A DNA stretch of 64,000 bases from Nitrosopumilus sp. Its GTDB lineage: Archaea; Thermoproteota; Nitrososphaeria; Nitrososphaerales; Nitrosopumilaceae. The notes beneath the pieces are model-generated. The model made no database searches. It was not told where the DNA came from and worked only from the letters and a program-made list of their open reading frames with translations. Position 1 is the first letter of the stretch, and every line of letters begins with the position of its first letter. Position numbers and translations under genes: made by a program. Of the stretch, positions 18,820-29,773 are shown one piece after another. The DNA is taken from positions 1,440,001-1,504,000 of the forward strand of contig OZ244732.1 in NCBI GenBank assembly GCA_965219345.1, read 5' to 3'.

Positions 18820-20412
18820 ATGGTAACAAAAAAATCAAAACCACCTGAAAAGAAAATATTTACAGACTCTACTTTTCTAGTAAAGAGAATCTACCAAAAA
18901 TCTTCTAAAAAGAGACCGACAGAAGATGCAGGAACATATCCGTTCACAAGAGGAATTCATCCTGGGATGTTTCGTGAAAGATATTGGACCATGCGACAGT
19001 ACTCTGGATTTGGTGATGCAAAACTCACCAATGAACGATTCAAATTCATGCTCGAAAAGGGTCAAACAGGTCTTAGCATGGCATTTGATTTGCCAACTCA
19101 AATTGGTTATGATTCAGATTCACCACAAGCGGAAGGTGAAGTAGGAAAAGTCGGCGTCTCCATCACCTCAATTAAAGATATGATGACTGCCTTTGATGGT
19201 ATTCCACTTGGAAAGGTTAGCTCTTCGATGACAATCAACTCTACTGCATCAACACTTCTTGCATACTATATCGCAGTTGGCGAATCTCAGGGATTCAAAA
19301 GTCATGAACTTCGTGGTACCACTCAAAATGATATTTTAAAAGAATACATTGCAAGAAATACCTACATCTATCCTCCTCAACCATCAATGCGATTAATTGG
19401 TGACATGATAGAGTACTGTGCAGAAAAAGTACCATCTTGGTATCCTGTTTCAATATCTGGCTATCACATGAGAGAAGCTGGCTGTACTGCAACACAAGAA
19501 GTTGCATTTACATTGGCAAATGCTATTGCATATATCCAAACTTGTTTGGATAAGGGGTTAAATATTGATGATTTTGCACCCCGTCTTTCATTCTTCTTTT
19601 GTTGCACTATTGAATTCTTTGAAGAAGTTGCAAAGTTCAGAGTTGCACGTAAAGTTTACGCTAAAATCATGAAAGAAATGTTTCATGCAAAAAATCCACG
19701 TTCACTACAATTGAAATTTCATACTCAAACTAGTGGTGAATCACTAACTGCTCAACAACCAAATAACAACATTGTTCGTGTTGCAATTCAAACTATGGCA
19801 GCAGTTGCTGGAGGTACTCAATCCCTTCACACAAATTCTAGAGATGAGGCCCTTGCTCTTCCTACACAAGAATCTGCAAAAATTGCTCTTAGAACCCAGC
19901 AAATTGTAGCACATGAAAGTGGCATTACAAAGACTGCGGATCCATTGGCAGGTTCTTACTATCTAGAAGAACTTTGTGATCAAATTGAGGACGGTGTATG
20001 GAAGTATCTCAAAAAAATTCAAAAAATGGGTGGCTCTGTTAAAGCAATCGAGAAAGGATTCTTCCAATCAGAAATCAGACAAAATGCCTATCGTCTAAAA
20101 AAAGAAGTGGATGATGGTGGGAGAGTTCTAGTTGGTGTAAACAAGTACTCTGAAGAAGAAGAACAACCAGACTTGCTTCGAGTTGGTGACGAAGTTGAGA
20201 TTCAGCAGAAAAAGGCTCTCAAAAAATTACGTGTATCTAGAGACAAAAAGAAATGGGAAAAAGCACTTTCTGCAATGAAAAGTGCTGCAGAGACAGAAGA
20301 AAATCTTATCCCTTACATTGTTACAGCTGCAAAAGCATTTGCCACAACTGGTGAAATCAGCAATACATTCAGAGAAGTATTTGGCGAGTATCGTCCTAAA
20401 GAAGTCTTTTGA
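18820..20412 (+). CDS. methylmalonyl-CoA mutase large subunit
   Basis: PFTRG, WTMRQYSGFG, GTTQNDILKE, SLHTNSRDE. Confidence 0.96.
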   Translation: MVTKKSKPPEKKIFTDSTFLVKRIYQKSSKKRPTEDAGTYPFTRGIHPGMFRERYWTMRQYSGFGDAKLTNERFKFMLEKGQTGLSMAFDLPTQIGYDSDSPQAEGEVGKVGVSITSIKDMMTAFDGIPLGKVSSSMTINSTASTLLAYYIAVGESQGFKSHELRGTTQNDILKEYIARNTYIYPPQPSMRLIGDMIEYCAEKVPSWYPVSISGYHMREAGCTATQEVAFTLANAIAYIQTCLDKGLNIDDFAPRLSFFFCCTIEFFEEVAKFRVARKVYAKIMKEMFHAKNPRSLQLKFHTQTSGESLTAQQPNNNIVRVAIQTMAAVAGGTQSLHTNSRDEALALPTQESAKIALRTQQIVAHESGITKTADPLAGSYYLEELCDQIEDGVWKYLKKIQKMGGSVKAIEKGFFQSEIRQNAYRLKKEVDDGGRVLVGVNKYSEEEEQPDLLRVGDEVEIQQKKALKKLRVSRDKKKWEKALSAMKSAAETEENLIPYIVTAAKAFATTGEISNTFREVFGEYRPKEVF

Positions 20413-20575
20413 TCTTAAAGTAAAATTCCTATTGAACAAATTTGGAGCATCATTTTAGTACTATAAGAACATATGAAATATGATAAATAAAATCTATAAA
20501 TGTTCTAGTTGTTCTGAGAAATTTCCCGTAAAGGAATTAGAACATCAGTTTATAGATTATCATATGTGGAATTAA

Positions 20576-21898
20576 CTATAGAGCTTTCATGTGTTTGAAT
20601 AGAGCATAAATTATCACCATAAATGATAATGGCTCTATTGAATTACTAGGTGGCAGGAACGCCAGAATGATGTCTCCCCCGTATGACTCTACGAACTTGA
20701 TGACGTCTCCTGATGCATCATCGTAAAATAAGGCGTATTCAGAGATTATGACTTCGCCTCCTTTTGCCATGCCCCATATTAATACGGTATATGCCCCTGA
20801 ACCATGCTCTGAGAGTATGGTCGAGATGTCAGATGTCACGCTCAGGTTATTTTGGGATGACTCCCATCTGTCGGCAACGAGGAACGGGACTGTCCATACA
20901 GACGTGTTGTCTGTCCTCTGGCTGTTCTTCAGGGCCTGTCGGTGAGCCGCAATCGAGTCCTCGACGGATTTAGGCTCTGGGGTGTCGGGGGAGACATGGT
21001 ATGGATCTGGGCATTTTGAGGAGGAGCGTTCCTGATACGAGTCGTCACTGTAGTATGAACCCGGAGGAGGAGGGGACACTATTGCAGCTACCGGAAATCC
21101 GTAATCATAGCAGTAGGTGTTGGCAAGTTGGCCCTGTGTGAGTCCGTGTGGGGGTGGGTCATACAGTATCTGTACCGAAGAATCACCCGAAATCATGGCG
21201 CCGTTTTTTGTGGTGACAGAAAAGGATAGAATTTCATCGTCTATGGACGGCTTTTTGGAAAATAGCACGTAATCGTACTCAAAATGCTGGACCACCATCA
21301 TGTTATAATCGTTCCATGCCAAGCCGATGTTTACCCAAGAATGATGCGGATCAAGAATGTTATCACGGTGTCCAAGGCTTGACATGAGATCTGCCATGGA
21401 CTCTGACACTACTGCCTTGGGCTGTGTGGTGGCATAGTTGTCCCACGGCTTTATGCAGTAGTTTAGTCCGGAGATGTTTTCCGCGTTGTACTGGTAACCC
21501 CCAGCAAGCGAGTATCTCATGTAAGGTTTGAGGCCGTTAGTACCCCAATGCGCAGAGGAGCAGCTTCCAAGCATGTCGTTTGCGTGGGACTGCGCTGCCG
21601 TGTTTTTTCCAAGTTTGAGGGGTTCAAGCCCAACTGCGGCGCGTTCTGCATTGATTAGATCTAGCATGTCCGTCCTTAATTCAGCAACACTGACTGCCGC
21701 ATGGAGTGATTTGTCTTCTACGGATTCATATGTCCCACGTGCCGGTTCTAACGGTTCTGACAGCGACCAGTTGTTATATGTAAATATGCCGATGGTCAAA
21801 ATAGAAATGGTTGCCAAAGCTACAATGGTAGCCATTCTACGGCCTCTTCTGTGGGGTCTGCCATGTTTTTTGTATCGATACGGCTTGTATTGTCTCAT
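20576..21898 (-). CDS. membrane-anchored CAP (SCP) domain protein
   Basis: LINAER, AQSHANDM, AENI, SLGHRDNILDP. Confidence 0.9.
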   Translation of the reverse strand: MRQYKPYRYKKHGRPHRRGRRMATIVALATISILTIGIFTYNNWSLSEPLEPARGTYESVEDKSLHAAVSVAELRTDMLDLINAERAAVGLEPLKLGKNTAAQSHANDMLGSCSSAHWGTNGLKPYMRYSLAGGYQYNAENISGLNYCIKPWDNYATTQPKAVVSESMADLMSSLGHRDNILDPHHSWVNIGLAWNDYNMMVVQHFEYDYVLFSKKPSIDDEILSFSVTTKNGAMISGDSSVQILYDPPPHGLTQGQLANTYCYDYGFPVAAIVSPPPPGSYYSDDSYQERSSSKCPDPYHVSPDTPEPKSVEDSIAAHRQALKNSQRTDNTSVWTVPFLVADRWESSQNNLSVTSDISTILSEHGSGAYTVLIWGMAKGGEVIISEYALFYDDASGDVIKFVESYGGDIILAFLPPSNSIEPLSFMVIIYALFKHMKAL

Positions 21899-22685
21899 TT
21901 TGGCTCAGCATACAGGTTTCTAGGCCGTACTGTTGTGACGCCATGCCCTACCAGATACGTGAAAACTGGTGCTTTATTATAATACAAAACCAGCTCTGGA
22001 GTGATATCGTCATGTTCTAGTTCGGACGATTTAAGACGCTTGTTTATTGTCTTGAATGTATCTCCTGTGCGGCCAATCGCTAGAGTTATGTGAAACTTGA
22101 AACCGTTCTTGCTATCACGATCGTATTGCGTTGCTTGGGAGTGTAACAACAGCAACTGTGTAATGTCGTACCTTAACTGTTTTAGCAATTCGTTAGGTTT
22201 TACTTTGGCAAATATGATGCCACTGCCCTGCTTGAACCATTTGAGCCATCCACTTTGGTCAAAAGATGAAAACCCCCCCCCGTTGAAAATCTTGCTTCCG
22301 GGTATTTTTTGCTCATGGTTATTATCGTGCTTATTAGTTGCTGTCTTCTCATGCGCGTTGAGAATGGACCGAACAGGGTTATGTGTGGGAAACGTCTTCG
22401 CCTGTCAAAACCATGCTGAACATCGTTCATATAATTCCATACATCTGACCGCAGGTCACCACGCAGTCTAATACCAATTAGCCATGGTGTCCGTGATTTT
22501 ATTGTTCGTGCTGGCCTAGATCTCATCTGGTTAGGATTTCGCCTTCTAGGGTTCTTAGTCTGTGTATTTCTCTGCCTCCTGCCTGCTTTGCCATGTGCTT
22601 CTGATCGACTTTGCCAAGTTTTACGCTGTGTTTTTGCTTGCCGGTTTGTTTCATCATAAATCCGGCGTTGTTCCTGCCTGGTCAT
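21895..22685 (-). pseudogene. 2H phosphoesterase (2'-5' RNA ligase family), frameshifted in a G9 tract
   Basis: Two HITL motifs in different frames; C9 at 22273-22281; one added G gives TGGGFSSFDQ...NELLKQLR. Confidence 0.8.
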
Positions 22686-22725
22686 CGTATTCTAGTTTAT
22701 TAGTATTACGTCCATGTTTTTCAAC

Positions 22726-23915
22726 TGTGGGATCCTGAAAGTAGTATACCCCCTATCTGACATCGTATTCCTCTCCCGTTTGTTCGTCAATAACTGTTTG
22801 TCCTGGGGATGGCATCTTTCTGGTGAATGCCCGCGCCGGTGTCTCTAGGTTGTCCAGATCAAGTGACATGTGTGGCCGGTCGTGGTTGAACCATTCCACA
22901 AACCGCTCCACGGGATCCGTCTTTGGTTTCGTGTTGAACGGTCCGCCCACACGGTCCGTCTCGGATCCTGCTGAACGCACCGTTCTGTAGGCCGACTCCT
23001 CCTCGAAGAGGTGCAGTTTGCGCTGGAGTTCACCGTGAACCCTCTCGAGCTTGCCGTTTGTCTGCGGGTGTCTTACACGCGCCAGGATCTGCCTGATGCC
23101 CAGCGACACCAGCTCCCGCTCAAATTCGGAGGCGCCTTTCTTCTTGTACTGCCCCTCGTTGGCGTAGAACTGGCTGCCGTGGTCAGTCAGAATGGACGCG
23201 GGTTTGCCGTGCGCCTCCATTGCTGCCCTGAGAACCTCGATTGCGTGCCTGGAGGTGGCCTGATCAAAGACGCCGTATCCGACAATAAACCTGGAGGCGT
23301 CATCCAGATAGGCGATAAACCACCTTCCGTCATCCAGCTGCTTGTAGTCTGTGTGCCACATCGAGTTGGAGTAGGTGCGCTCAAAGCGGATCCACTTGCG
23401 CCTCTTGCTCTTCTTGGGCTGCCTTGCCGACAGGTTGTTGTCCCTCATTATGCCGTGTACGGCATTGTGAGGGATATGTATTCCCTCTTCCTCCTCGATC
23501 AGTCGCTCCGTGCGGACGGCCCCCTGGCGGTGCCTGCAGTGTGCAGAGAGGACCGCAGTGTTCCCTGCGACCCGGAAGACCATTCTCGGGCCTGCCCATG
23601 CTAGCCGGGTAGACTATCCTGTCAGGTTCCACACCCTTGTACCTGGCCCACAGTTTCTTTACCCAGATCTCGGAGATGCCCATGGTATCTGCAATCTGTC
23701 TGTTGGTCGTTTTGCCGGCCTTCTTCTGCAGGATTATCCACTTTACCTTTGACTCGTCAAGTTTTCTCATGACCCTGATGCGGCGCCTTCCGATATGTCT
23801 CCACCTCTGTGTGCGCTTTAGGAACCCACGCACCATCATCTCAATTCTGCGTCTTGCTTCAGTCAGTATGCGTCCCTCCTATTTTGAGGGGGTATACTAC
23901 TTTCTGGACTATACA
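22726..23915 (-). mobile_element. IS481-family element with frameshifted transposase
   Basis: TGT...ACA ends; TIR core GAAAGTAGTATACCCCCT; 15-bp TSD TCCATGTTTTTCAAC at 22711-22725 and 23916-23930; WHTD, LTDHGSQF, NGKLER. Confidence 0.93.
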
Positions 23916-24127
23916 TCCATGTTTTTCAACATATCGTGACTTGTGTTTAGTAGAAATTTGCTTAAAACGCTTGGTTTTGTCTTGGACGTTACGTCTATTC
24001 TCTTTGGCATGTTTCAATTTTTTCCTGTTTTTCTGATATGAGTTGGTTTTGGGTATGTCTTGCTCATAGGCAGGTACCAGAGCAGGATTGATGAGGCATA
24101 AGTGTAAGGGCGACCTTGGATGCTGTC

Positions 24128-24258
24128 GGATCAGAAATTTGAACAGCAGGGTCGCCAGCTCACTTTCGGACGGCAGGGCGATACAGGTCACTACCTTTGG
24201 ACAGCTAGGGATCAGTAATTTGAACAGCAGGGTCGCCGACTCACTTTCGGACGGCAGG
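24128..24258. repeat. 50-bp direct repeat with 31-bp spacer beside an IS6-like end
   Basis: 24128-24177 vs 24209-24258 (3 mismatches); the same words recur in the end-like sequence at 24296-24365. Confidence 0.85.
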
Positions 24259-24724
24259 ACAGGATCTTGGGTTTTGGTGAAAATGCACAGAGTCGAATCC
24301 GGAGAAGATCTTAAAACACACTTTCGGACGGCAGACACCGGAGATCACCTAATTTGAACAGAGCCTCAATTTTGGTGATCCAGTATTCCAAAATCGTGTG
24401 TCTAATCTATCTATTCCTAACACTAGGCAGGTTAGCAGAGTCAATTTACCTACCTGTATTTTGAGTACTTTGAGGATGGAACTACCAGGCAGAAGTACTG
24501 CGGGCCGGAAGGAACCAAGAAAGCTAAGCATCTCACGATTTTGGAATATAGTTTGAACATAAATAGCGATTCTGCAAGAATATAGAGTGGAAGCAGAAAC
24601 TGAGAGTTCGGATTGCATATTTAAAAAAATACATAGATGGTAGAAATCAAAGTCAAAAGAGGAAAGAAGCAGCATCATAAATCTTGTCGTTACGCTATAC
24701 TCCATACCTGCCGTAGGCATACTC

Positions 24725-25033
24725 TTGCTGCTGTTCCTGACTGGAAACCTCACCGATGATAAGAATGCATTCTCATGGAAGAATTTGTGGTCTTTTGCAA
24801 GTTTCTTTTATTGGGCAGAAATATCTGAGCATTATAAGTCTAGTTCTAGATCTGATATTGGATTTTTAAAAAATCTATTCCACCATAATGGGGGATATCA
24901 CTACATTCATCGTATGTATCCGACAATTCCTTGGTACAAGTTGCGAGAAGCTCATAAATCATTAACTCCAGATGATACTGATATCTCAACTGGATTTATT
25001 GATACATATCGTCAAATGAAGAAAAATCAATAG
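24725..25033 (+). pseudogene. fatty acid desaturase C-terminal fragment
   Basis: SEHY and HHNGGYHYIHRMYPTIPWYKL (degenerate third His box). Confidence 0.7.
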
Positions 25034-25088
25034 CATATTTTTAAAAAATTAATCAATTTAAAATAGGCATAAAGTTATCCTATTTTAG

Positions 25089-25484
25089 ATGAAAATTGAT
25101 CATATTGCAATTGCAGTGAATGATGTAGAGGAATCCGCCAAAATATACCAACAAGCACTAGGTGTTGATAGTGTAGAATTTGAAACAGTAAAAACTGAAG
25201 GTGTCAAAGTTGCAATCCTTCATTTAGAAAATGGGCGAATCGAATTAATGCAGCCAACAAATGATACTAGTCCAATCAAAAAATTCTTGGAGAAAAAAGG
25301 ACAAGGCCTACATCATCTAGCGTTAGAGACTGATAACATTGAAGGTGAAGTAGAACGAATGGAAGGTTGTGGAATACAGTTCTTAGGTAAAATACGACCT
25401 GGTTCTGCAGGAACTAAAGTTACTTTTATTCACCCAAAATCCCTTTACGGTGTATTGACAGAGCTTTGCTCTCATCCTAAATAA
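25089..25484 (+). CDS. mce: methylmalonyl-CoA epimerase
   Basis: IDHIAIAV, GLHHLAL, FIHPKS..GVLTEL. Confidence 0.95.
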   Translation: MKIDHIAIAVNDVEESAKIYQQALGVDSVEFETVKTEGVKVAILHLENGRIELMQPTNDTSPIKKFLEKKGQGLHHLALETDNIEGEVERMEGCGIQFLGKIRPGSAGTKVTFIHPKSLYGVLTELCSHPK

Positions 25485-26042
25485 TTATTCCATCATCTTC
25501 AAAGTATCAGAAGCTGTGATGATTCCTACAATTTTTGATTTCTTTGAAACCAGAATACACTTTGAATATCTGATTAAAGGTACAAGAACATTTGCTGGAG
25601 TATCATAGTCTACTATTGGTGGAACAGGATCCATTGTATCGGCAAGTTTAGCTTTTTTCAATTCTATCTCTCCTATGTCTGCTAGGTGTTTTACAATCCC
25701 TTCTTCAGATATTACCCCAACAATCTCCGAATTACTAAAAACAGGAATCTGGCTGATTGATAATTGATGCATCTTTTTGATTGCATCATGAAGTGTATTT
25801 ATTGGCTTTAGTTTTACAATATCTTTACTACAAAAATCACCAGCAGTATGAGAAGATGACTCTCCTTCTAGTTTTGCAAGATTCTCAAAAATTTTCTTTG
25901 CTGTCTCATAACTAGGTTGACTTCTTCCAGATTCTATCTGGTTAATCATTGAGGTACTAATCCCTGTCATAGTGGCAAGTTTTTTCTGAGTGATGCCTAT
26001 TTTCTGTCTTATCTGCTTGATAGAGTCTATTCTAGGTAACAA
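25485..26042 (-). CDS. XRE-HTH plus CBS transcriptional regulator
   Basis: TQKKLA..INQIESGR; CBS pair ending GIITASD. Confidence 0.92.
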   Translation of the reverse strand: MLPRIDSIKQIRQKIGITQKKLATMTGISTSMINQIESGRSQPSYETAKKIFENLAKLEGESSSHTAGDFCSKDIVKLKPINTLHDAIKKMHQLSISQIPVFSNSEIVGVISEEGIVKHLADIGEIELKKAKLADTMDPVPPIVDYDTPANVLVPLIRYSKCILVSKKSKIVGIITASDTLKMME

Positions 26043-26079
26043 TTCGTTTAGAAATAGTTCTAATTGGTTTTAAAATGTA

Positions 26080-28761
26080 TTATTTTTTCTTTGATCTTGT
26101 CTTTTTTGGTTGTTCAATTGCTGCTTGGGCTGCTGCAACAATTGCAATTGGAATTCTATGTGGTGATGCACTTACATAACTAAGACCTTCGCCATGGCAG
26201 AACTTTATAGAGTTTGGGTCTCCACCGTGTTCTCCACATATTCCAATCTCCATGTTTGGTCTAACTTTACGTCCCATGCCAATACCAATTTTCATTAAAC
26301 TGCCAACCCCATTCACATCAATTGACTGGAATGGATTTCTTTCAAGCAACTCTTTTTCCATATATTCTGGAAGAAATTTTCCTTCAACATCTTCTCTACT
26401 GAAACTAAATGTTCCCTGCGTCAAGTCATTTGTACCAAAACTAAAGAATTCAGCCGTATCTACAAGCTCATTTGCAGTCAATGCTGCTCTCACTACTTCG
26501 ATCATAGTTCCAAAGTTAGCTGCTAATTTCATTTTGTGTTTGGTTTCCATCTCTTTTTTGATGGAATCATAAATTTTCTTGATGTGATTTAATTCAGCAA
26601 TACTACTAATTTGTGGAATCATAATTTGTGGATGAGCTTTTACTTTCTTCTTTGTTAATTCCACTAGTGCTTCAAAGACTGCACGAATTTGCATCTCATA
26701 AATTTCTGGATATGTAATTCCAACCCTTACTCCTCTATGCCCCATCATTGGATTAACTTCTGCAAGTTCTCTTGCTCTTTTTAGAATAATCTTTGCTTCT
26801 TTAATCTCACTTGTTGCTTTCTTTAATTCTAATTTGTGAATCTTTTCTGCCAGTTCTTCTGGATTTGGTAAGAATTCATGTAATGGTGGATCTAGTAATC
26901 TGATTGTAACCTCATACCCTTCCATTTCCTTTAAAATTTCAATAAAGTCGCTCTTTTGTAGCTGGCCTAATTTTTTGAGAACTTTAGTTCGCTCCTCTAT
27001 GTTTTCGGCCATTATCATATCCACAAACAAACCAATTCTATCACTTCCATTGAACATTCTCTCTGTTCTGCACAGGCCAATTCCTTGACCTCCAAACTTT
27101 CTTCCAAGTTTTGCACCTTCTGGTGTATCTGCATTTGCTCTAATTCCTATCTTCTTTGCTTTTTGTGCCCATTCTAAAATTTGTGTAAAGTCTGAAGTGA
27201 TTTTGGGTTCTATAGTTGGAATATCTCCCATGTACACAATACCTGAACTACCATCAATTGTGATAGCATCTCCCTCTCGAACTATTTTCCCGTTGGCACT
27301 ACACTGTTTATTTTCATAATCAAATTTCAAATCAGCACATCCGACAATACATGGCTTCCCCATTCCCCTAGCAACAACTGCAGCATGAGATGTTTTACCT
27401 CCTCTACTGGTTAGAATTCCTACCGATTCAAAGAATGCCGGAACGTCTTCAGGCTTTGTCTCTTCTCTAATTAGAATTACATTAGCGCCATTCTCTCCCA
27501 TCGCAGTTGCTCTTTTAACATCAAATACAGCAATTCCACTTGCTGCACCTGGAGACGCTGCAATTCCTTTTGCTATCTGTGTATAATTCTTGACGGCTTT
27601 AGGATCCATTGTTTTGTGAAGTAATTGCTCTAGTTGTTCAGCCTGAAGTCTTGTTAATGCATGGTTTTTGTTAATTAATTTTTCTTTAACCATATCAACT
27701 GATGTCTTTACCATAGCTACTGCATTCATCTTTGCATTTCTTGTTTGAAGTAAATAGAATTTTCCTTCTTCAATTGTAAATTCGATATCTTGTGGTTCTT
27801 TGTAGTGTTTTTCTAGTCTTTCACATGTCTCTGCTAATTGCTTGTATGATTCTGGGAGTTCTTTTTTCATTCCATCTACTTGTTTTCCTGTTCTCACACC
27901 CGCAACTACATCTTCACCTTGGGCATTAACTAAATATTCACCATAAATATGACGTGTTCCATCTTCTGGACTTCTTGTGAATACAACACCTGTTGCACTA
28001 CTATCTCCCATATTTCCAAATATCATGGACACAATATTTACTGCAGTGCCATCGGCAATATCTTTTGTAATGTTGTTTTTCTCTCTGTACACTATTGCTC
28101 TTTCTCCCATCCAACTTCCAAACACTGCTTTAATTGCAAGCTCGACTTGTTCTGTAGGATCTGTTGGAAATTTTTTCCCTGTATGCTTATCACAAATTTT
28201 CTTGTATTGTTCTACTATTGCTTCTAGAGATTTTTCGTTTAAATCACTGTCCATCTCTACATTTTGTCTCTTCTTTGCAGCATCTAAGACCTCATCAAAT
28301 CTCTTATCATCTACTCCGAACACAACTTTTCCAAACAGCTGAATGAATCTTCTATAGGAATCCCATGCAAATCTTGAATTACTGCTCTTTTCAGCTAGTC
28401 CAATTACTGTCTGATCATTTAGTCCCAAATTCAAGATGGTATCCATCATCCCAGGCATAGAAATTGCTGCACCTGATCTTACTGACACTAGTAAAGGATT
28501 TGATTTAGAGTTCCATTTTTTCCCTGTCTTTCTTTCAATTTTAGCAATATTCTTTTTTACATCTGCCATGAGTGTTTTTGGCAGTTCATTGTTATTTTCA
28601 TAATATTTTTTGCAAACTTCAGTTGTAATTGTAAATCCGGGCGGTACTGGCAACTTTAGTCTAGTCATCTCACACAGGCCAGCTCCTTTTCCACCTAGGA
28701 GTTTCTTGTTTTTACCGTCTCCCTCATCATAAAAGTAAACTAGTTTCATTTTTACAATCAA
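26080..28761 (-). CDS. ppdK: pyruvate phosphate dikinase
   Basis: LLGGKG, SVRSGA, GGKTSHAAVVAR, GLCRTE, SFGTNDL. Confidence 0.97.
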   Translation of the reverse strand: MIVKMKLVYFYDEGDGKNKKLLGGKGAGLCEMTRLKLPVPPGFTITTEVCKKYYENNNELPKTLMADVKKNIAKIERKTGKKWNSKSNPLLVSVRSGAAISMPGMMDTILNLGLNDQTVIGLAEKSSNSRFAWDSYRRFIQLFGKVVFGVDDKRFDEVLDAAKKRQNVEMDSDLNEKSLEAIVEQYKKICDKHTGKKFPTDPTEQVELAIKAVFGSWMGERAIVYREKNNITKDIADGTAVNIVSMIFGNMGDSSATGVVFTRSPEDGTRHIYGEYLVNAQGEDVVAGVRTGKQVDGMKKELPESYKQLAETCERLEKHYKEPQDIEFTIEEGKFYLLQTRNAKMNAVAMVKTSVDMVKEKLINKNHALTRLQAEQLEQLLHKTMDPKAVKNYTQIAKGIAASPGAASGIAVFDVKRATAMGENGANVILIREETKPEDVPAFFESVGILTSRGGKTSHAAVVARGMGKPCIVGCADLKFDYENKQCSANGKIVREGDAITIDGSSGIVYMGDIPTIEPKITSDFTQILEWAQKAKKIGIRANADTPEGAKLGRKFGGQGIGLCRTERMFNGSDRIGLFVDMIMAENIEERTKVLKKLGQLQKSDFIEILKEMEGYEVTIRLLDPPLHEFLPNPEELAEKIHKLELKKATSEIKEAKIILKRARELAEVNPMMGHRGVRVGITYPEIYEMQIRAVFEALVELTKKKVKAHPQIMIPQISSIAELNHIKKIYDSIKKEMETKHKMKLAANFGTMIEVVRAALTANELVDTAEFFSFGTNDLTQGTFSFSREDVEGKFLPEYMEKELLERNPFQSIDVNGVGSLMKIGIGMGRKVRPNMEIGICGEHGGDPNSIKFCHGEGLSYVSASPHRIPIAIVAAAQAAIEQPKKTRSKKK

Positions 28762-28781
28762 CCAATCCCAAAAAGGGGGTA

Positions 28782-29459
28782 TTAAACCATTGACTTTGCA
28801 AATTCAGTTATTACCTTGTTCCAGTCCTTTGCTTTGATAATTCCGCTTGCAACAAGAATTCCTTTAGAGCCTAACTCTATTGCTTTTGTTACGTCTTCTC
28901 CAGAAACAATTCCTGCACCACAAAGTAGCTTGGTATTGTTTTTTGCACTCTTTACTGCCTCTGCAGCTTTTGTAATTAATCTAGGTTTTTCTTTAGAAAC
29001 TGCCTTTCCTGAACCAATTAGTTCCGGTGGCTCTATTGCAATATAATTTGGATTGAGTTTTGCATATTTTCTTGCTTCTGATACATTCTTGACACATAAT
29101 ACTGAAATCATTTTTAGTTTTTTTAATTTTAAAACAAGTTTCGCAATTTCTTTGCTTGAAATTCTATGTTCACTATGATTGATTAATGATCCTTTTACTT
29201 TTGATTTTTTTAGTAATTCTGGAATTACAAAACCTGTGGTACTTCCTACTTTAGAATTATCAATATGTTGAGCTAAAATTGGAATTGAACTATTTGCAAC
29301 TAATGCAATGAGATGTTGCGGTGGCGCAATTGCAATTTTTACTTTGAATTTTTTAGATACTTTTTCTGCTATTTTTACAAATTTTATGATTTTGTCTCCT
29401 GAAATCTCTTCATAATTTTTACAATTTATCACAAACATCTTCTTTGAACCTTTTTTCAT
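28782..29459 (-). CDS. tpiA: archaeal triosephosphate isomerase
   Basis: INCKNY, AQH, INHSEHR, EPPELIG. Confidence 0.95.
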   Translation of the reverse strand: MKKGSKKMFVINCKNYEEISGDKIIKFVKIAEKVSKKFKVKIAIAPPQHLIALVANSSIPILAQHIDNSKVGSTTGFVIPELLKKSKVKGSLINHSEHRISSKEIAKLVLKLKKLKMISVLCVKNVSEARKYAKLNPNYIAIEPPELIGSGKAVSKEKPRLITKAAEAVKSAKNNTKLLCGAGIVSGEDVTKAIELGSKGILVASGIIKAKDWNKVITEFAKSMV

Positions 29460-29765
29460 TTATTTAATCTTTGATTGGGCTTGGGTTGTTTTTGATATCT
29501 TATCATATCTTTTCTTCATTGCTAGAACTATCATCATCAGAACTATTGCTGCAAGATTTGTGCCCATGATAAACACATCTGATACTATGATTCCATAAAT
29601 TAACCACAAAATTGCCCCAGCAGAGATAAAGATCATTAGAAATTTTGAAACGTCTTTGAGACTCTTTGTTTTGTATCCTTTGTAAATTTGTTCTACCCAT
29701 CCAATAAGAATCAAAATTCCCGCTACAGTTCCAAGTAAAGTCAGTAGAACTCCATCAATTTCCAT
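29460..29765 (-). CDS. SemiSWEET/PQ-loop-type transporter
   Basis: Three transmembrane segments; KTKSLKDVS, WLIYG. Confidence 0.8.
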   Translation of the reverse strand: MEIDGVLLTLLGTVAGILILIGWVEQIYKGYKTKSLKDVSKFLMIFISAGAILWLIYGIIVSDVFIMGTNLAAIVLMMIVLAMKKRYDKISKTTQAQSKIK

Positions 29766-29773
29766 ACTTTACA

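Noticed and set aside
23381-23839. Programmed frameshift in the IS481 transposase
   Set aside because: No slippery motif at the break; looks like a small deletion
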